A DNA stretch of 64,000 nucleotides from the human T2T-CHM13v2.0 reference genome, Homo sapiens (GCF_009914755.1 NC_060927.1), one strand, 5' to 3'. Positions 1 through 14,400 are shown, numbered from the stretch's first letter. Notes: generated from the sequence alone by a model not told the origin. Translations and numbers: made by a program.

Positions 1-398
1 GGTGTGGATGTCCTTTCTGTTTGTTAGTTTTCCTTCTAACAGACAGGACCCTCAGCTGCAGGTCTGTTGGAGTACCTGGCCATGTGAGGTGTCAGTCTGC
101 CCCTGCTAGGGGGTGCCTCCCAGTTAGGCTGCTCGGGGGTCAGGGGTCAGGGACCCACTTGAGGAGGCAGTCTGCCCGTTCTCAGATCTCCAGCTGCATG
201 CTGGGAGAACCACTGCTCTCTTCAAAGCTGTCCGACAGGGACATTTAAGTCTGCAGAGGTTACTGCTGCCTTTTTGTTTGTCTGTGCCCTGCCACCAGAG
301 GTGGAGCCTACAGAGGCAGGCAGGCCTCCTTGAGCTGTGGTTGGCTCCACCCAGTTCGAGCTTCCCTGCTGCTTTGTTTACCTAAGCAAGCCTGGGCA

Positions 399-470
399 AT
401 GGCAGGCGACCCTCCCCCAGTCTCCAGTCTCGCTGCCGCCTTGCAGTTTGATCTCAGACTGCTGTGCTAG
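399..470 (+). pseudogene. Disrupted L1 ORF0 (antisense ORF of the 5' UTR)
   Basis: ATG at 399 in the ORF0 context GGGCAATGGC. A 7-bp duplication (CCAGTCT CCAGTCT) shifts the frame to TAG at 468-470. The original frame also carries CGA>TGA at 478-480. Confidence 0.7.
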
Positions 471-834
471 CAATCAGTGAGACTCTGTGGGCGTAGGACC
501 CTCCAAGCCAGGTGCGGAATATAATCTCCTGGTGAGCCGTTTTTTAAGACCATCAGAAAAGCACAGTATTCGGTGGGAGTGACCCGATTTTCCAGGTGCC
601 ATCTGTCACCCCTTTCTTTGACTAGGAAAGGGAACTCCCTGACCCCTTGCACTTCCCGAGTGAGGCAATGCCTCTCCCTGCTTCGGCTCGTGCATGGTGC
701 GCGCACCCACTGACCTGCGCCCACTGTCTGGCACTCCCTAATGAGATGAACCCGGTACCTCAGATGGAAATGCAGAAATCACCCGTCTTCTGCGTCGCTC
801 ATGCTGGGAGCTGTAGACCGGAGCTGTTCCTATT

Positions 835-844
835 CGGCCATCTT
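835..844 (-). promoter_or_regulatory. YY1 site at the start of the L1 5' UTR
   Basis: AAGATGGCCG on the minus strand, the known L1 YY1 core. It is retained exactly at the truncation point. Confidence 0.75.
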
Positions 845-920
845 CAAGATTCTTTGAAAAAGAGAGAGGAGTTGGCACAAGTCAATATGGGGACAAAGTT
901 GGTGAGAATTCCTTACTTTA

Positions 921-1333
<413 letters not shown>

Positions 1334-4300
1334 TTATCCAACAATTCCTGTTGTAATAATCTATCCCACATAAATAACAGAATGTGAATATATGTGTATA
1401 TATATGTATGTACATATGCATGTAGTTAGGTAGGTACATATACACATACACAGAGTGATATGTACATATATATCTAAATTCCATTTCAGTATTGTTTATA
1501 TTAGCAAAAACTGGAGGCAAACTAAGGCGCCATCTACATCATGCATCTTTTTAAAGGAAATGTATCATATGTAATAAACTAATTTTAAGCAAAAATGCAG
1601 GTTACACGCTGATATGTAACAAGAAGTGTTAGAAAGAGATTTGTAAAATAGATACACATATTGATATATGTATTATGATGCCTGCATAAGTAAAGCAGAA
1701 AGTTAGGAAGTACATATAACTCTCAGTTTTTACCTTGGTGCGACTGGAGGGGTGAAAGAAAGAACTTTAATCTCCTTACAAAATTTTTAGAAGAGCTAAT
1801 GGTATGAGTAAATATGGGGTAAATATTTATTTTTTATAACTTTCTGTATCTTATAAAAAATTTGTAATGAGTTAGATATTTATCTGTATATTAACTATCT
1901 GGTTTGCACAGATAGACTGCATATTTCTAAAGATTTTAAAGGTAATATTAGGAGATAAACATCTCTAACATGTCTTCCACTGGAAGAAGGAAAACCATGA
2001 TTTTTACATGAATATATCATTTTGTGTTTTATAATTTAACAAGGACACAACAGAAAAAGATATGAAGTCAGGCAGGATTATTTAATGCATATTGGTAAAA
2101 AAAAGACTAACACTGGTTAAAAAGATTAAAAAGTAACAGAAAAATGAAAACAAATGCATAAGATCTAAAAGAAAGGGACAGAAAGACTACCATCAGAAGA
2201 TATGAGAAGATAGGTCGAATTATAAAAGCCATATTCAGGAAGTCATAAGATGACTTTTTGAATTATTAAATAGAGTGTCATAAAATTGATGAAAAGTAAG
2301 CCAGTTATATGCTTGCATGTACAAAAACAAAAAAATAAAATATATAAGGAAAACAAAGAGAAAAGATGCTTTTAAATCAATATAAAGTAGGATAAAGATG
2401 GTGGATGAAAAGGGTCCAATCTAAAGGAAATGAGAAGGGTAGATGCAAGATGTATAATTTCCACTTGCCAAATATTATAAAAAGACAAGTGGCAAGCTAT
2501 GGCTGCACAGAAATCTTGCCTAAAAGAAAATGTAGAGGAAATAGAAAGCATCAGGGTCCCATAACCCAAGAGACAAAGGAATGACATGATGCTGAACATT
2601 AATAGACATAAGAGAAGCTGATCAAGGAATGATTCATATTCCACTTTTCAAGATGAGACGCAAACAGGAGTAGTAATAAAACTAATAAAATTTTGTCTTT
2701 ATTGTATTAATCAGCATTTCCAAAGAAGCTCATTTGTGAAGAAGAAAGAAAAAAATTGTGGTATCTAAAGGGAAAATATTTTAAGATCTTGTTTAAGTTT
2801 TCATAAAAGAACAAATCTGTGATCATCCATGTAGCCTCTTTCACATTTTATAAAAATTGTATACCCAAGGAACTGGAAAAGACACATTCATCTAACATGG
2901 TTATTTCACTATCATTCTGGCCTCTCTGCCTTCAATTTCCTTGCTTCTTTCTTTCTTCTTCTTAACCCATGGTTTTGGATAATTATAGTTCATTTCTTCA
3001 ACCCCAATAAGATTCTTTAGAGTATTTTGCTGCTTTATTCACTATGCACTTAGCTAACTTATGTTTAGTTGTTCTAATTAAAATGATTATTAAAATTATC
3101 TCAGTAATAGAAGACTTTTAACACTGTGTCTCTTTATTGATGGAAGGAAATTAAAAAGAAAAATTTATAAGGCCTTAAGATGTTGACTAAATTTGTAGTT
3201 TTGACAGTTTCACAAATTAAATTATTTTTAAGCAAAATGAACGAGCAATGTAGTGACAAATGTAAAACAAACATTGTTTTGGCATTTCACTGTGCCTACG
3301 ATGAAGCACATGGCCTCAGTGGGGGGAAAAGGAATCAGAACGGATATCAGGAACTAAGGAAGGGACATCTGATAAAGTGACTGCAGCTCCTGGGCTGTGC
3401 TGAAGAACCCCGTGTTCTTGCTCTATCTCATACAGCCTTATTAAGGCTTCTTGCATGTGCGGGTCAGCAATAGGGAAGGGTGTACATATGTCAGCACAAA
3501 GTAATAAAGAATTTATTTACTGTGAATATAGATCCAAATAAATAAAATGCATACATGCTATGTACTATGCCACATACAAGGAATACAAAGTTAAACAGCA
3601 GGTGGACTTTTTCATAAAGCTTTCATAGTCTCTTGGAGAAAGACTGTGAACAGATAAACATAACAGAACATGGAAAGGGAGGAAGACCTGTACGAAAAAA
3701 ATGTAGTTGGAATTAAGAGGCATTTCTGGCCTCCTTGCCGGCTGCCTTTAATTCTCACTATTCTACTGAACTTAGTTTTCTTTGCCTGTCCAAGGTACAC
3801 AGCATTCTTGGCATCACACACTTAAACAAATTTTTTTTTCTCTGTAGATTGTTTACCAATCCTTGCTTGCCTTTTATTTATTTATTTATAAATTTTTATA
3901 AATAGTAAGTATGAGTATTGTTTGATCAAATTAAAGTTGCATTTTTGTGTATATGTGTCCACATACAGGTATCTGCGGCCACTACCTAGAGGATGAAGAA
4001 TAGCAAATGCATTTTCTGTATCTTAATATGGGCCTATTGAATTGCAATGGCTCTGAATCCTTCCGGTTTGATCTATACAGAGGCCAAAAGAAAAAAAAAA
4101 AGTTCCGTGAGTGGTAGTCTGAGAGATTTTCACCAAATAGAAAAATAAATATTCTTATTACATTAAAATTGGAATAAAGCTATAATTTGGGAAACATGGA
4201 CCAGAATGTCCAAATATCATAAAAACATTGCAAAACAATTGAGGGTAAAATAGGTCTCAATAAGAATAGAAGCAAATAAAATGAAAAAAAGAGTCATTAT

Positions 4301-5130
4301 TAGAAAAATTATGAAATAATAATTTAAAACACTTATCAGTAGAGTCAATTGGATTGACGGTAAATTGTTATGATGCAATAATCCAGTTAACTCTCTAATT
4401 GAGACACATTTTACCCTCATGCGTAGATTACTGCCCATACCTTAAGGTTTATATTGTAAGTTGCAAATGATTAATTATTTAAAATAATACTTTATATTAT
4501 TTTTATAATTTATAAAAAAAATAGGTTTTTTTAATTTCCAAAAGAATCTGAAGTTATTTTATAGATATAGGACATAATATATAATTTTAAATTTTATTTT
4601 CCATTAAAGACTGATAATAAAGAGCAGTGACATTAAATCAAATAGAATATTAAAAACTAGAAATAAACAAACATGCTTAACATTTGGCATTCAAGAAGTT
4701 ACTATATATGAGTCAGGAATCTTTCCTCTTGTCCTGTTTAGTTTTATCTTATGTCAATACCTCTATCAGTTTGGATTTCTGTTTTTGCCTTCTTCTCTGC
4801 ATTTTCTTTGTAGAAGCAGTCTTACCCCTTTCCATCTACTTTCAAGTCTTCACTCAGCTGCTTCCTCTTTCAGAAAACCTTTCCCCAGTTGATCCAAGTA
4901 AGAGCCTCTCCTGTATTACCATCTTCCATTACACTAATTATGTTGTACTGACAGTATGTGTACACAATGTCTTTATTCGTAGACTAAAAATTCCTCTCTG
5001 TAGGGGAAAATTTCTTATCTATTTTTATATCCCCAGAGAGAAAATACTTGATTAATTATTTTGTTAAATATAAGTGTTACTAGCATTATAGTCATTGACA
5101 AATATGTACGGGTGCACAGATTCACTTCTT

Positions 5131-5149
5131 TGCCACTAGATGGCACTGT
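5131..5149 (+). promoter_or_regulatory. Candidate CTCF binding site
   Basis: TGCCACTAGATGGCACTGT matches the CTCF core CCASYAGRKGGCRS at every position and lies in apparently unique DNA. Confidence 0.7.
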
Positions 5150-6739
5150 TAATCACCGTGGTGCTCTTGGATAGTGCCTCAAGCCTTCGTGCAGTTTTGA
5201 TACCCTAAAGCTCTGAAAACTGTTACCTTAACTCACTTTGGAAGGGCAAAATCTGACCTAACTTGAACTTATTTTGTGGAATAATCTGACTTAACCTGAC
5301 GATAGAATATTTATAGTCTTTTTTTTCTCTGTAATGTAAATATTAATATGACTGATTATAGGGTGCTATTCAAACCCCCGAGGATTATGTAACATTTAAA
5401 TTAAGCTCCACATTACATTTCTCAAATACAAAAAGTTATGATTTCTGAAAACCAACTAGCTCAGGAGTTTTTGGTAGATGATTCTTGTCCTCCACCAACA
5501 ATCCCGTTATTTTTCAGAAAATATTTTAATAATGATATAGAAAAGAATTCATTAAATTATAACCTATGCATCTGTGATAGCTCTAACCTCACCTATCTTA
5601 GCACCCAATTATGTTCCTATAAACCTTATTCTTTTTGCTTTCACAATATATGTCAATGTGAAAATTAAACTTTGAGAACATATGTACCTTTTTCTAAAAT
5701 TTAACTGGTTACAAAATGTGGTCTATATAAAGATACTTCTTAACTTTTCCTGATTAATCTTGATTTTGTACCTATACTCTAGTATAACCGATAGTTCTAT
5801 TTGAAGTTCGCTGTTGTTCAACTCTCTTATGACATATTTAAATTACATGCAAATGAGCTGGTCCCACATACATTTATATTTTTCTATATTATACAATTTT
5901 ATAACTGTAGAAATATCTTCAGTAGTGCTTATTAGTATTCTAGTTTAAAATATTTCAACCAAACATGATATGAAAATAGATTTTCTAAAAGCTAACCCCA
6001 CTCCTTTCCTCTTCTCCTCCAAGTTATAGGAATTTATTTTGAAATATTATCTGCCAAAATCTGTGAATACTGAAGTTAACCTTTCAAAATTTTTTCTTAG
6101 TAAGGTGACCACCAGATACCAGTTTCCTTGTTTCTTAATATGTGGCATTGCTTTTTCGTGTATCTTTAGTTGTTCTCAAATCTACGGCCTTATTTCTTGG
6201 CTTACTCTGAAAACTCCAATAAGGAACCAAGGGATGCACACATAATGTAATAGGAAGACCATCTGAGTATGAATTAGAATATCTGGGTCTTAGTCCCAGG
6301 GCACTTGCACGGTAGTTTGGCAAAATGATGCCTCCTGCAACCCTTCTGGTTCTTATAAAATGAGACTATAAAGTATGAATATTTCTGTCTGGCTTATCCA
6401 TCTCACATTCTCATAATGATTAACAGAGTCATTCAGGTTGCTTCCTGCTTACCTGTAATAGTTACCTAGCTTGCTGAAAGAATTAGTGGTGGTTTTTCCT
6501 ACTGTGAGGCCTGCATTTGTCAACTGGCTAGACTCAGACATTTTAATAACAATCCGAAACATCTCTTTGCACTTTGTAGTCTGAGGTAATCCAACCTGGA
6601 ATATTTTGATTATCATTCCAGCTCCCTAACAAGTTATGCATTCTGGCATCCTTCCTACAAACCTTAGCATGATTTTGCTCTCTAGCCATGGAAAACATCA
6701 AAATGGATTTTGCAGGTAGAATCCACAGGTCAACCAAAA

Positions 6740-7230
6740 GTGTGGATATCACTATGGTTAAGAACACACTCTCTGGAGCCTAGGTCAGTTTTAAATTCTG
6801 TCTCTATGATTTACTGGCCTTGGGAAAATTACTTAACCTCTCTGTGCAGTTTCCTGATGTACAAAATAGGCATAATAAAAATATATTCCTCATAAATGAT
6901 TTAATATATCTAAAGCACTTACAACTGTGCTTGGATCATAATAAATGTTATGCATGTGTTACGTGTAGTTTTATTATAATTTGAGATATAGTGTAATGAC
7001 TATAAAAATATGAACTCTGAAACAAAATGGTCTGTTCTGAAATCCTGGCTACGTCACTTACTAGCTAAACATCCTTCCATGAGTCACTTAAGCTTTTTCC
7101 CATCTGTAGAAAAGGAGGTGTATAATAGTATATATACCTCATATGTGGATTGTGAAGATTAAATAATGTCTGTAGTGAACATAGTGTCGTGCATAGCACA
7201 TAATATACATTCAATAAATGTTATTTTTAT
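6740..7230 (+). mobile_element. Two tandem MIR SINEs (about 6740-6970 and 6988-7230)
   Basis: MIR core motifs TGGTTAAGAAC...TTACTTAACCTCTCTGTGCAGTTTCCT...AAAGCACTTA, and a second copy with TTGTGAAGATTAAATAA...TCAATAAATGTTA. Confidence 0.75.
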
Positions 7231-7857
7231 TACTAATGGATTAAAATTAGAAGGGTCTTAAATATGTCTCCTAGAATTCTGACAAGGGCTACAAGTGTTA
7301 CATTGCTCTTATTTTATGACATAAGTTAGACAGGTAAGACTGGGAAAAAATGATATTTAAACTGTTACAAGTTAAATATAAACTGTCCATGAGATCCCCA
7401 AATAGAGATTTCAATTAAGAATTTGACATGAATCTTAGAAAGGTAATGTTAATGAAGTTAAAATTTTAGAAACCATCACTATGGAGATGATATTTAAATC
7501 CATGAAAAAAGAATCACCCAATAAAACATTAAACAGACCCATAGAAAATTAAATCACCCAATGAGAGATTAAAGTCAGAGATTAAGGAAACCTTTTCTAA
7601 GCCCGTAGGAAATCCTGAATTTGGAAGTTAAATTGAGGAGTTAGAGAGCAAATGAGACAGAGAGACTGAAAACAGCAAGTAAACAAGCAAAGAGATGAAC
7701 AACAAATGCAGAACAGTGTGGAATCTTAATATCTAACAGAGGCCAGAACAAGCTATTTGTCAAAAGCTACTGTACAGGCAATTGAAGTAGGGAGGAAAGT
7801 ATTCACTGGGTTTCATTATTTAAAGGCTGATCCAGCTTGACAGCAGGTTTCAGATAG

Positions 7858-8224
<367 letters not shown>

Positions 8225-8599
8225 TAAGGAAGTGGGCACAGTAAGTTTAAACAACTTTTTGCTTACATTTAATAAGAAAGGAAGCAAAGAAGTTCAGGAA
8301 ATCACTGTATAGGAATTTAGAGCCAAGGGAGGGCTTTTTGAAGAAAAATTCTGCTAAAATCTTATTATAGTTATAAATTGTATGCATACTTAAAAAGTTA
8401 AAACTAAAAAAAAAATAAGTAATTAAGGAAAGTGGAAGAGATACGATAAAAGGCCATGTGAAGAAATTTGCCATTGACAGAGAAAGGAATTTATGTATTA
8501 TTATAGGAGGTAGGGAGGATGACAAATTTAGACTCAACCAATTTTGGGTGATGAGCATAGAATGGGACTCAAATCTAGCAGTTTGTATATTTTTTAGGT

Positions 8600-9100
8600 A
8601 TTATATGAGTCAGTGTTTTGTGAGAAAAAGATAAATCACTTCAAGATTTTACAACAGGAAGAACATAATGCAGGGAATTGATTGAACTGGTATGAAGGAG
8701 CTGAGCATCCACATAGGGAAACTGAGATAACAGAGACTGTAGACAGCAGGACATAACTATCACGTCTGCATTAGAGAAGAATGGAGGAGGAGGTATTACT
8801 AGTTCCAGGGACAAAGGTCACCCCACAGAAGCTGGAAACAGAGCCTGTCCACCCAATGAGAGCAGGAGTTAATACTGCTACTCCCAGAGACACTCCACTA
8901 CAGCTTGATGACAGAGGACAAGAACAGCCCTGGCTTCTTGCTTCCTGATGTTGCACAATCTCCCACCAGTGCCTCACACTGGCAAAGCCAGCAGGCAACC
9001 ACTTGTGAAGGAAACCTGGGAAATTCAGGCTTCAGGAGTGATGTCTATGCCATAGAGAAGAGGATGGAGCTGAAAGCAAACAGGGCCAAGGTGTCCACAA
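8600..9100. mobile_element. Old LTR (LTR79/LTR78-like)
   Basis: GAGTCAGTG...AATCACTTCAAGATTTTACAACAGG...GGGAATTG and CAATCTCCCACCAGTGCCTCACACTGGCAAAGCC resemble the recalled consensus. Boundaries are approximate. Confidence 0.5.
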
Positions 9101-10172
9101 GTGTAAAGTGATCTCATTGGTGTGAACTGAGGAGAAAAAGAGATGAGAAGTGGGAAGTTTAAGGATCAAGAAAAAATGTGACATATGGTCATTGTGAAAC
9201 AAGCACATGAACTTAATAGAGAAACAAAATGAGGCTAATTTTAAGTTAAATTATATGAAATTGCCATATTGTTAGGTCAAACATAAAATGTCGTATGGTT
9301 AAGACTGATAGTTTTTGCATTTTAATGTAAAAAATATAACTAGAAAATCATTGCATGCAGTGCCATAATATGTATAATGTATTATCAGATAATATTTCTG
9401 TCATCAATGGTTGGCAGAGTCATTAAATTATGTTATAATTTAGCTAAGAGGCAAAATCAGCAGTCCTTAAAGAATGGCATTTATTGTGCTAAATTTACCA
9501 AGGCTTAAGGTATGGTCCTTATCCTTGTAGGCGAGAAATGAAAATTTTATTAAGATAGCTAAAAATAATTTGGTTATAGGGGACAAACCAATAATAATCA
9601 AATCACCTGATACCGGTGTATAATGAACACGGAATAACATGTTTCTGTTTTATAATGAGGACTACAGCTTTCCAGTCACTGGGCTGTTCACATCCACAAC
9701 CTAGAGCACCACACTTTTTTCTTCTTCAAGATGTTTGAGAATCCACTTTGCTAATCAGAAGTTTGCTTAGGCCTAGTAAGCACAGAATTCACAGAATTAA
9801 AGCAACGGTAAATAGATTGATTTGTGGGCAATTTATCAAGCCAAGGTGAAATCTGATGAAATATCCTTGCTCCTCCCTAGTACAGTCCTCTCTTATGATT
9901 AGTTTTTTTGTGTGTCTGCAGGCTCAGAATCAGCACCACCTTGGCTGTGCCTGATCTACATCATCACATTTTATCTTACTGACTTTACATTTTTCTTGGT
10001 CACCCTTTCTTTTAACAAGCACATCATTGGCTGATCTAGGGTTAAATAAATTTTATGATTTCATGGCTTGAGTCTTCTATTATTATGAGTTGAAGATTCT
10101 GTTGTTGACTTCTCAAGACAGCTATATTCCCCTTATTTCCAAGTTCTTGGGTATGAAGTGGGGAGGAGTGGG

Positions 10173-10534
10173 TGCATTAGTCTATTTTCATACTGCTATG
10201 AAGAAATACCTGAGACTGGATAATTTATAAAGAAAGAGAGGTTTAATGGGCTCACAGTTCCACATGGCTGGGGAGGCCTCACAATCATGGTGGAAAGCAA
10301 AGGAGGAGAAAAGGCACGTCTTACATGGCAGCTGGCAAGAACATGTGCAGGGGAACTGCCCTTTATGAAACTGTCAGATCCCATGAGACTCATTCACTCT
10401 CAAGAATACAGCACAGGATAAACCTGTGGCCATGATTCAATTACCTCCCACTGGGTTCCTCCCACAACATGTGGGGATTATGGGAGCTACAATTCAAGAT
10501 GAGATTTTGGTGGTGACAAAATCAAACCATATCA
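10173..10534 (-). mobile_element. THE1C/D solo LTR (ERVL-MaLR)
   Basis: TGCATTAGTC...TACCTGAGACTGGATAATTTATAAAGAAA...AAACCATATCA, 362 bp, with TG...CA ends. Confidence 0.92.
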
Positions 10535-12026
10535 GGGAAGTATGTCATTGTTACCTTCGTGTCCCACAAAAAATATTGTTTGCTAGAATCACTGAAGAGA
10601 GTTTAATAACAATGAGCCCAAATGTGGAGTGTGTGTGTGTGTTTATGTGTGTGTATGTGTGAGAATTTAGGAGAATTTAATTGAATTCATCATAAAATGA
10701 GTTTTGGATCTCTAAGTTATTTAATAATCATATGTATACTTTGCAGTGAACAAAAGCCTTTTTTCAGAACATTTAGACTTATTCAAAGAATTACAAATTA
10801 TGATTCAGTAGAATATTTGACAATATTGTTCAGTGGAGGAGAATATAGTTAAAATTGCTAAAACATGTTTGTCTTTTGGAAGTAAAATTACATACAGTTT
10901 GTCCTGATTAAATGCCAAATAAATTCATATCCTGCTATTCTGTAATGGGAAAGAACTATGTCTAGTTCCATCATCTCTACAGATCATCATCTTGCAATAC
11001 ATTTCATTCCTCAACAAATTTAAGTAGCAATAAGACACAGGGTAGCTTTTCAGTGAGAAACATCAAAAGATATCCATGATCAAGCTTGTTCTTTCTATGC
11101 TATTAAGCACAACAATTTTATGGAAAGGGCTCATTGAAGTTGAAATTGAGAAAAAGATGCAATTATAATTTTTGAAACCAAGAGAATGCTAGAATAAAAT
11201 TTTCTGGGCATGGTTTATAGCTTTTCTACTGTGAGAAGCCATAAATTTAGACTAAGAAAATGGTGGCTAGATATAAATATATTGATTTATAAGATGGTTA
11301 ATAACAAAACTTTAGTTTTTAGCAATCAATTAGAAAAAAAGTGAGTAGAAGGAGATATATAATATTAGGAGCCAATTATTCAAAGTAAAGAATGAATGAG
11401 AAAATATTTGGCTATGTCGATGCCATACATCTCTTTGGGGATTTTAGTTTTCAAATCAATTTGATGTACCCTTTTCCCAAGAAACTTCTGTGAGATAACA
11501 AATGATGTGTTGGCTAAACATTTAGAAAAGCTTCTTTATAATTTTTTTAAATTACAAAGAGCAGACTTAGATTAGCTTTACGTCAGCATTCTATTACATG
11601 AGGCATGTGCAACCACTAAGAGCAAGTGCAATATACCTTTTTAGTAATCGTCACCATTGGATTAAAATTCCATCTATGCTTAATATTTTGTCCAAATATT
11701 AAAAACTTTACAAAATATTCTAGAAATAAATACAAATTTCTGGTACTGGCTGACAGAGTGTTATTTCCTTTAAAACATGCTAGTTATTTGAAGTCCATTT
11801 CATAAACATTAAGCTCATAGTTTCTATGCAAGCATGACCTACTAAAAATATCTAATTTAATGTTTTTACTGACTAAACTTCTTGCAAAAATAATGTCAAC
11901 CCTGTTAACAAAATAACTGTAAGTAATTTAATACCGGTACTAGGAGTATTACCCTTGATTTATATCAGATTCCACAAGGAGCTTATCTAGTTTTTGAAAA
12001 ATTAAAAGGAAAATAACCATGAGCCA

Positions 12027-12366
12027 TGCAATGGATTGAATGTTTGCTTCTCCCTAAAATTCATATATTCAATTCCTAACTCTCAATATGATGGCATTAA
12101 CAGGTGGTGTTTTGGGAGGTGGTTAGGTCATGAATGAAATTAATGTCCTTATAAGAGGAACACTAGAGAGTTCTCTTGTCCCTTTTCCCTACTGTGTGAG
12201 GCTATAACCAGAAGCAGGCAATCTACAACTGAAGAAAGGGCCCTCAGCACCAGAATCTGACCATACTCACACTCCAGCCTCCATAACTGTGAGAAATAAA
12301 TTTCTATTGTTTATAAGCCCCCCAGTCTGTGGTAATTTGTTATAGTATGCGGCACTGTCTGAGGCA
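12027..12366 (+). mobile_element. MLT1A-type solo LTR
   Basis: TGCAATGGATTGAATGTT...ACTGTGAGAAATAAATTTCTATTGTTTATAAGCC...CA. 5-bp TSD AGCCA at 12022-12026 and 12367-12371. Confidence 0.88.
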
Positions 12367-13094
12367 AGCCATGTAACTGAACATTAGCAATAAAAAGTTC
12401 TCCTAGAGAATCAAGTTTTTACTACTAAGTTACAGTTTTTATACTAATGGATTATATAACAGAACTGATTCTTGCATGTATTTTTTCAAAAAATATTTAT
12501 AGAGATTATGTCAGGAGGTTGTTAGACATGAACAAAAATGAATCATACTCAGATCCTGAGCTTACAGTCCAGTTAGAATATGACACGGCCATAAATAATC
12601 ATAGTAGAAGACACAAAGTGATGACAGGCGTCTGCCTAATTTCTGACACAATAAGTGCAGTCAGCCTTCCTCAAAACCATGTCCTAGTGAATACATAAAA
12701 GCCAGCCATAGACAATAATGCCAATTGGAGGCATTTCCCAGAATCCACTTGCTTGCTATTTGCTCTGAGCTCTCATCATTTTTGGCTGTAAATGTAGGCT
12801 TTCAAAATTACATTGTGGCTCTATGGCTTGACACACTACTTGTCATTCCTTCTCTGGTTTACTGACTTTAGCTACCCACTAACTCTTGGCTTGGTTTGCA
12901 TCTCTGAATATCCTTTTCCCAAAAACTCTGTTAATAGAAATGTCTATTACTGATCCTGAACATTTAAGCATGACTTAGGAAAGGGAAGGAGATTCAGATA
13001 AAAGATTATGGGAAATTAAAGGCAGGGAAATTAGCAGAAGGGGAGATCAGAGGAAGCTTCCTAGAAAGGGTAGTACTTAAATTCTCTCTTTTTT

Positions 13095-13732
13095 TTTTTG
13101 CATTAGTTGTGCTCTATAAAGTCACTATGAATACTGAAATTGCAAATAGTTAACTGTTACTTCTTGAAGAATACAGGATTAGTTTGCTGCAAGCATCTGG
13201 TAAAATTTTTTCCAACTGATTTATAAATAACCTTGTTTTATTTGTATTTCTGTTTAGAAACATCTTATTTAATGTACATTGTTGATTCATTAACATTGAA
13301 GTCTTGGCCAACAGCACCACAACTCATGCCTAAACAAAGCTAGTATAACAGGTGTATTTTCTCTATGAGGCACATCTCGGCCTTCTTGCACTGAGGAACA
13401 CCAGACAACACTTAAACCCTATGCGTGAAGGTCATTTTAAACAGTGAAATCGCCAACCAAAGGAACAAAAATGAAAAAAAAAAAAAACCCATGGCATTAA
13501 ATAGACTGAGAAAAAGGCATCTGGTCACAGAATGAGAGCTAAAATAAGAAGGCAGCAAACTGCCTTGTTGTACCTCAGCTGAGAACATTGGCATCTGGAG
13601 ATTCAAATTTTTCACCATTCTGTCCACGTCTGCAAATTACTGTGGCAGTGCCCTAAGTATTTATTTTGGAATTACAAATGAATTTTAGTGAGCAGACAAA
13701 CTTGCAAATATAAAATCTGAGGACAAACTATA
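13095..13732 (-). mobile_element. MER82-like TcMar-Tigger DNA transposon
   Basis: The reverse complement contains CAGCTGAGGTACAACAAGGCAG...CTGCCTTCTTATTTTAGCTCTCAT and CTCACTAAAATTCATTTGTAA, matching recalled MER82. Confidence 0.75.
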
Positions 13733-14077
13733 TTTATTCTAGGCCCATGAAGTTTGGGTAGGATTTCATCATTAGTGGTTGAGAAGAAAGGGTATTCAGT
13801 AATAGGCAATAGTATCACCAAATGTATGATTAACGGAAAGTATATGGCTAGAATTCCCGGAGTTTGTGCAGAAACTGGGAATAAGAGTGGCAAATCAGAC
13901 CGGGAACAGAGACAAAAAGGTGCTAAACTATTGGATAATTTGAATTTTACACGTAGAATGAGAGTTTAAAACCTTTTATGTGGATTCACAACCTTTTCAT
14001 CCAAAGGAGCCCTTAGAAATCCAGAATGACAATGCATAAGCAAGGAACAACTCTAGTTACAGAAAATGTGGGGGTCC

Positions 14078-14400
14078 TGTATCATCAATTTAAGCAGAAA
14101 GTTGAACCCACTGCAAGTCCTCATAAAAGGGTGAATATGGTTTGGGGATTTGTTTCACAGGTGATGGAAATCTGAGAATCAAAGAAGGATGGTGAGGCAC
14201 CTGGAAGCCATCTGGATGCTATTACCACCTCTAGAACAAAGGGCTGCAGGAAAAAGGGAAAAGGTGGTGTTACTGGCACTGAAGAACCAGCACTACAAGG
14301 GGAATCTGAAACCAGATGGACCTGTTCTGCAGGACCTGGAACTACAGAATAAATATATTATTTGCAGGAGACACTATCCATGCCAGGAGAGCCTGCCAGG
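14078..14400. mobile_element. Old LTR fragment (LTR78-like)
   Basis: CTATTACCACCTCTAG...GGAAAAAGGGAAAAGGTGGTGTTACTGG pattern. Related to the 8.6-9.1 kb element. Confidence 0.4.

Larger units (their letters stand above)
1..844 (-). mobile_element. LINE-1 5' UTR, L1PA3-type (element continues left of the window)
   Basis: The reverse complement starts AAGATGGCCGAATAGGAACAGCTCCGGTCTACAGCTCCCAGC at 844, the L1PA 5' end minus about 12 nt. The sequence follows the L1 5' UTR throughout. The junction GGTCTGTTGGAGTACC (61-76) lacks the 129-bp segment found in L1PA4 and older elements. Confidence 0.95.

Noticed and set aside
7505-7590. Short repeats AATCACCCAAT and AGAGATTAA
   Set aside because: A degenerate ~40-bp local duplication, too short and AT-rich to interpret.
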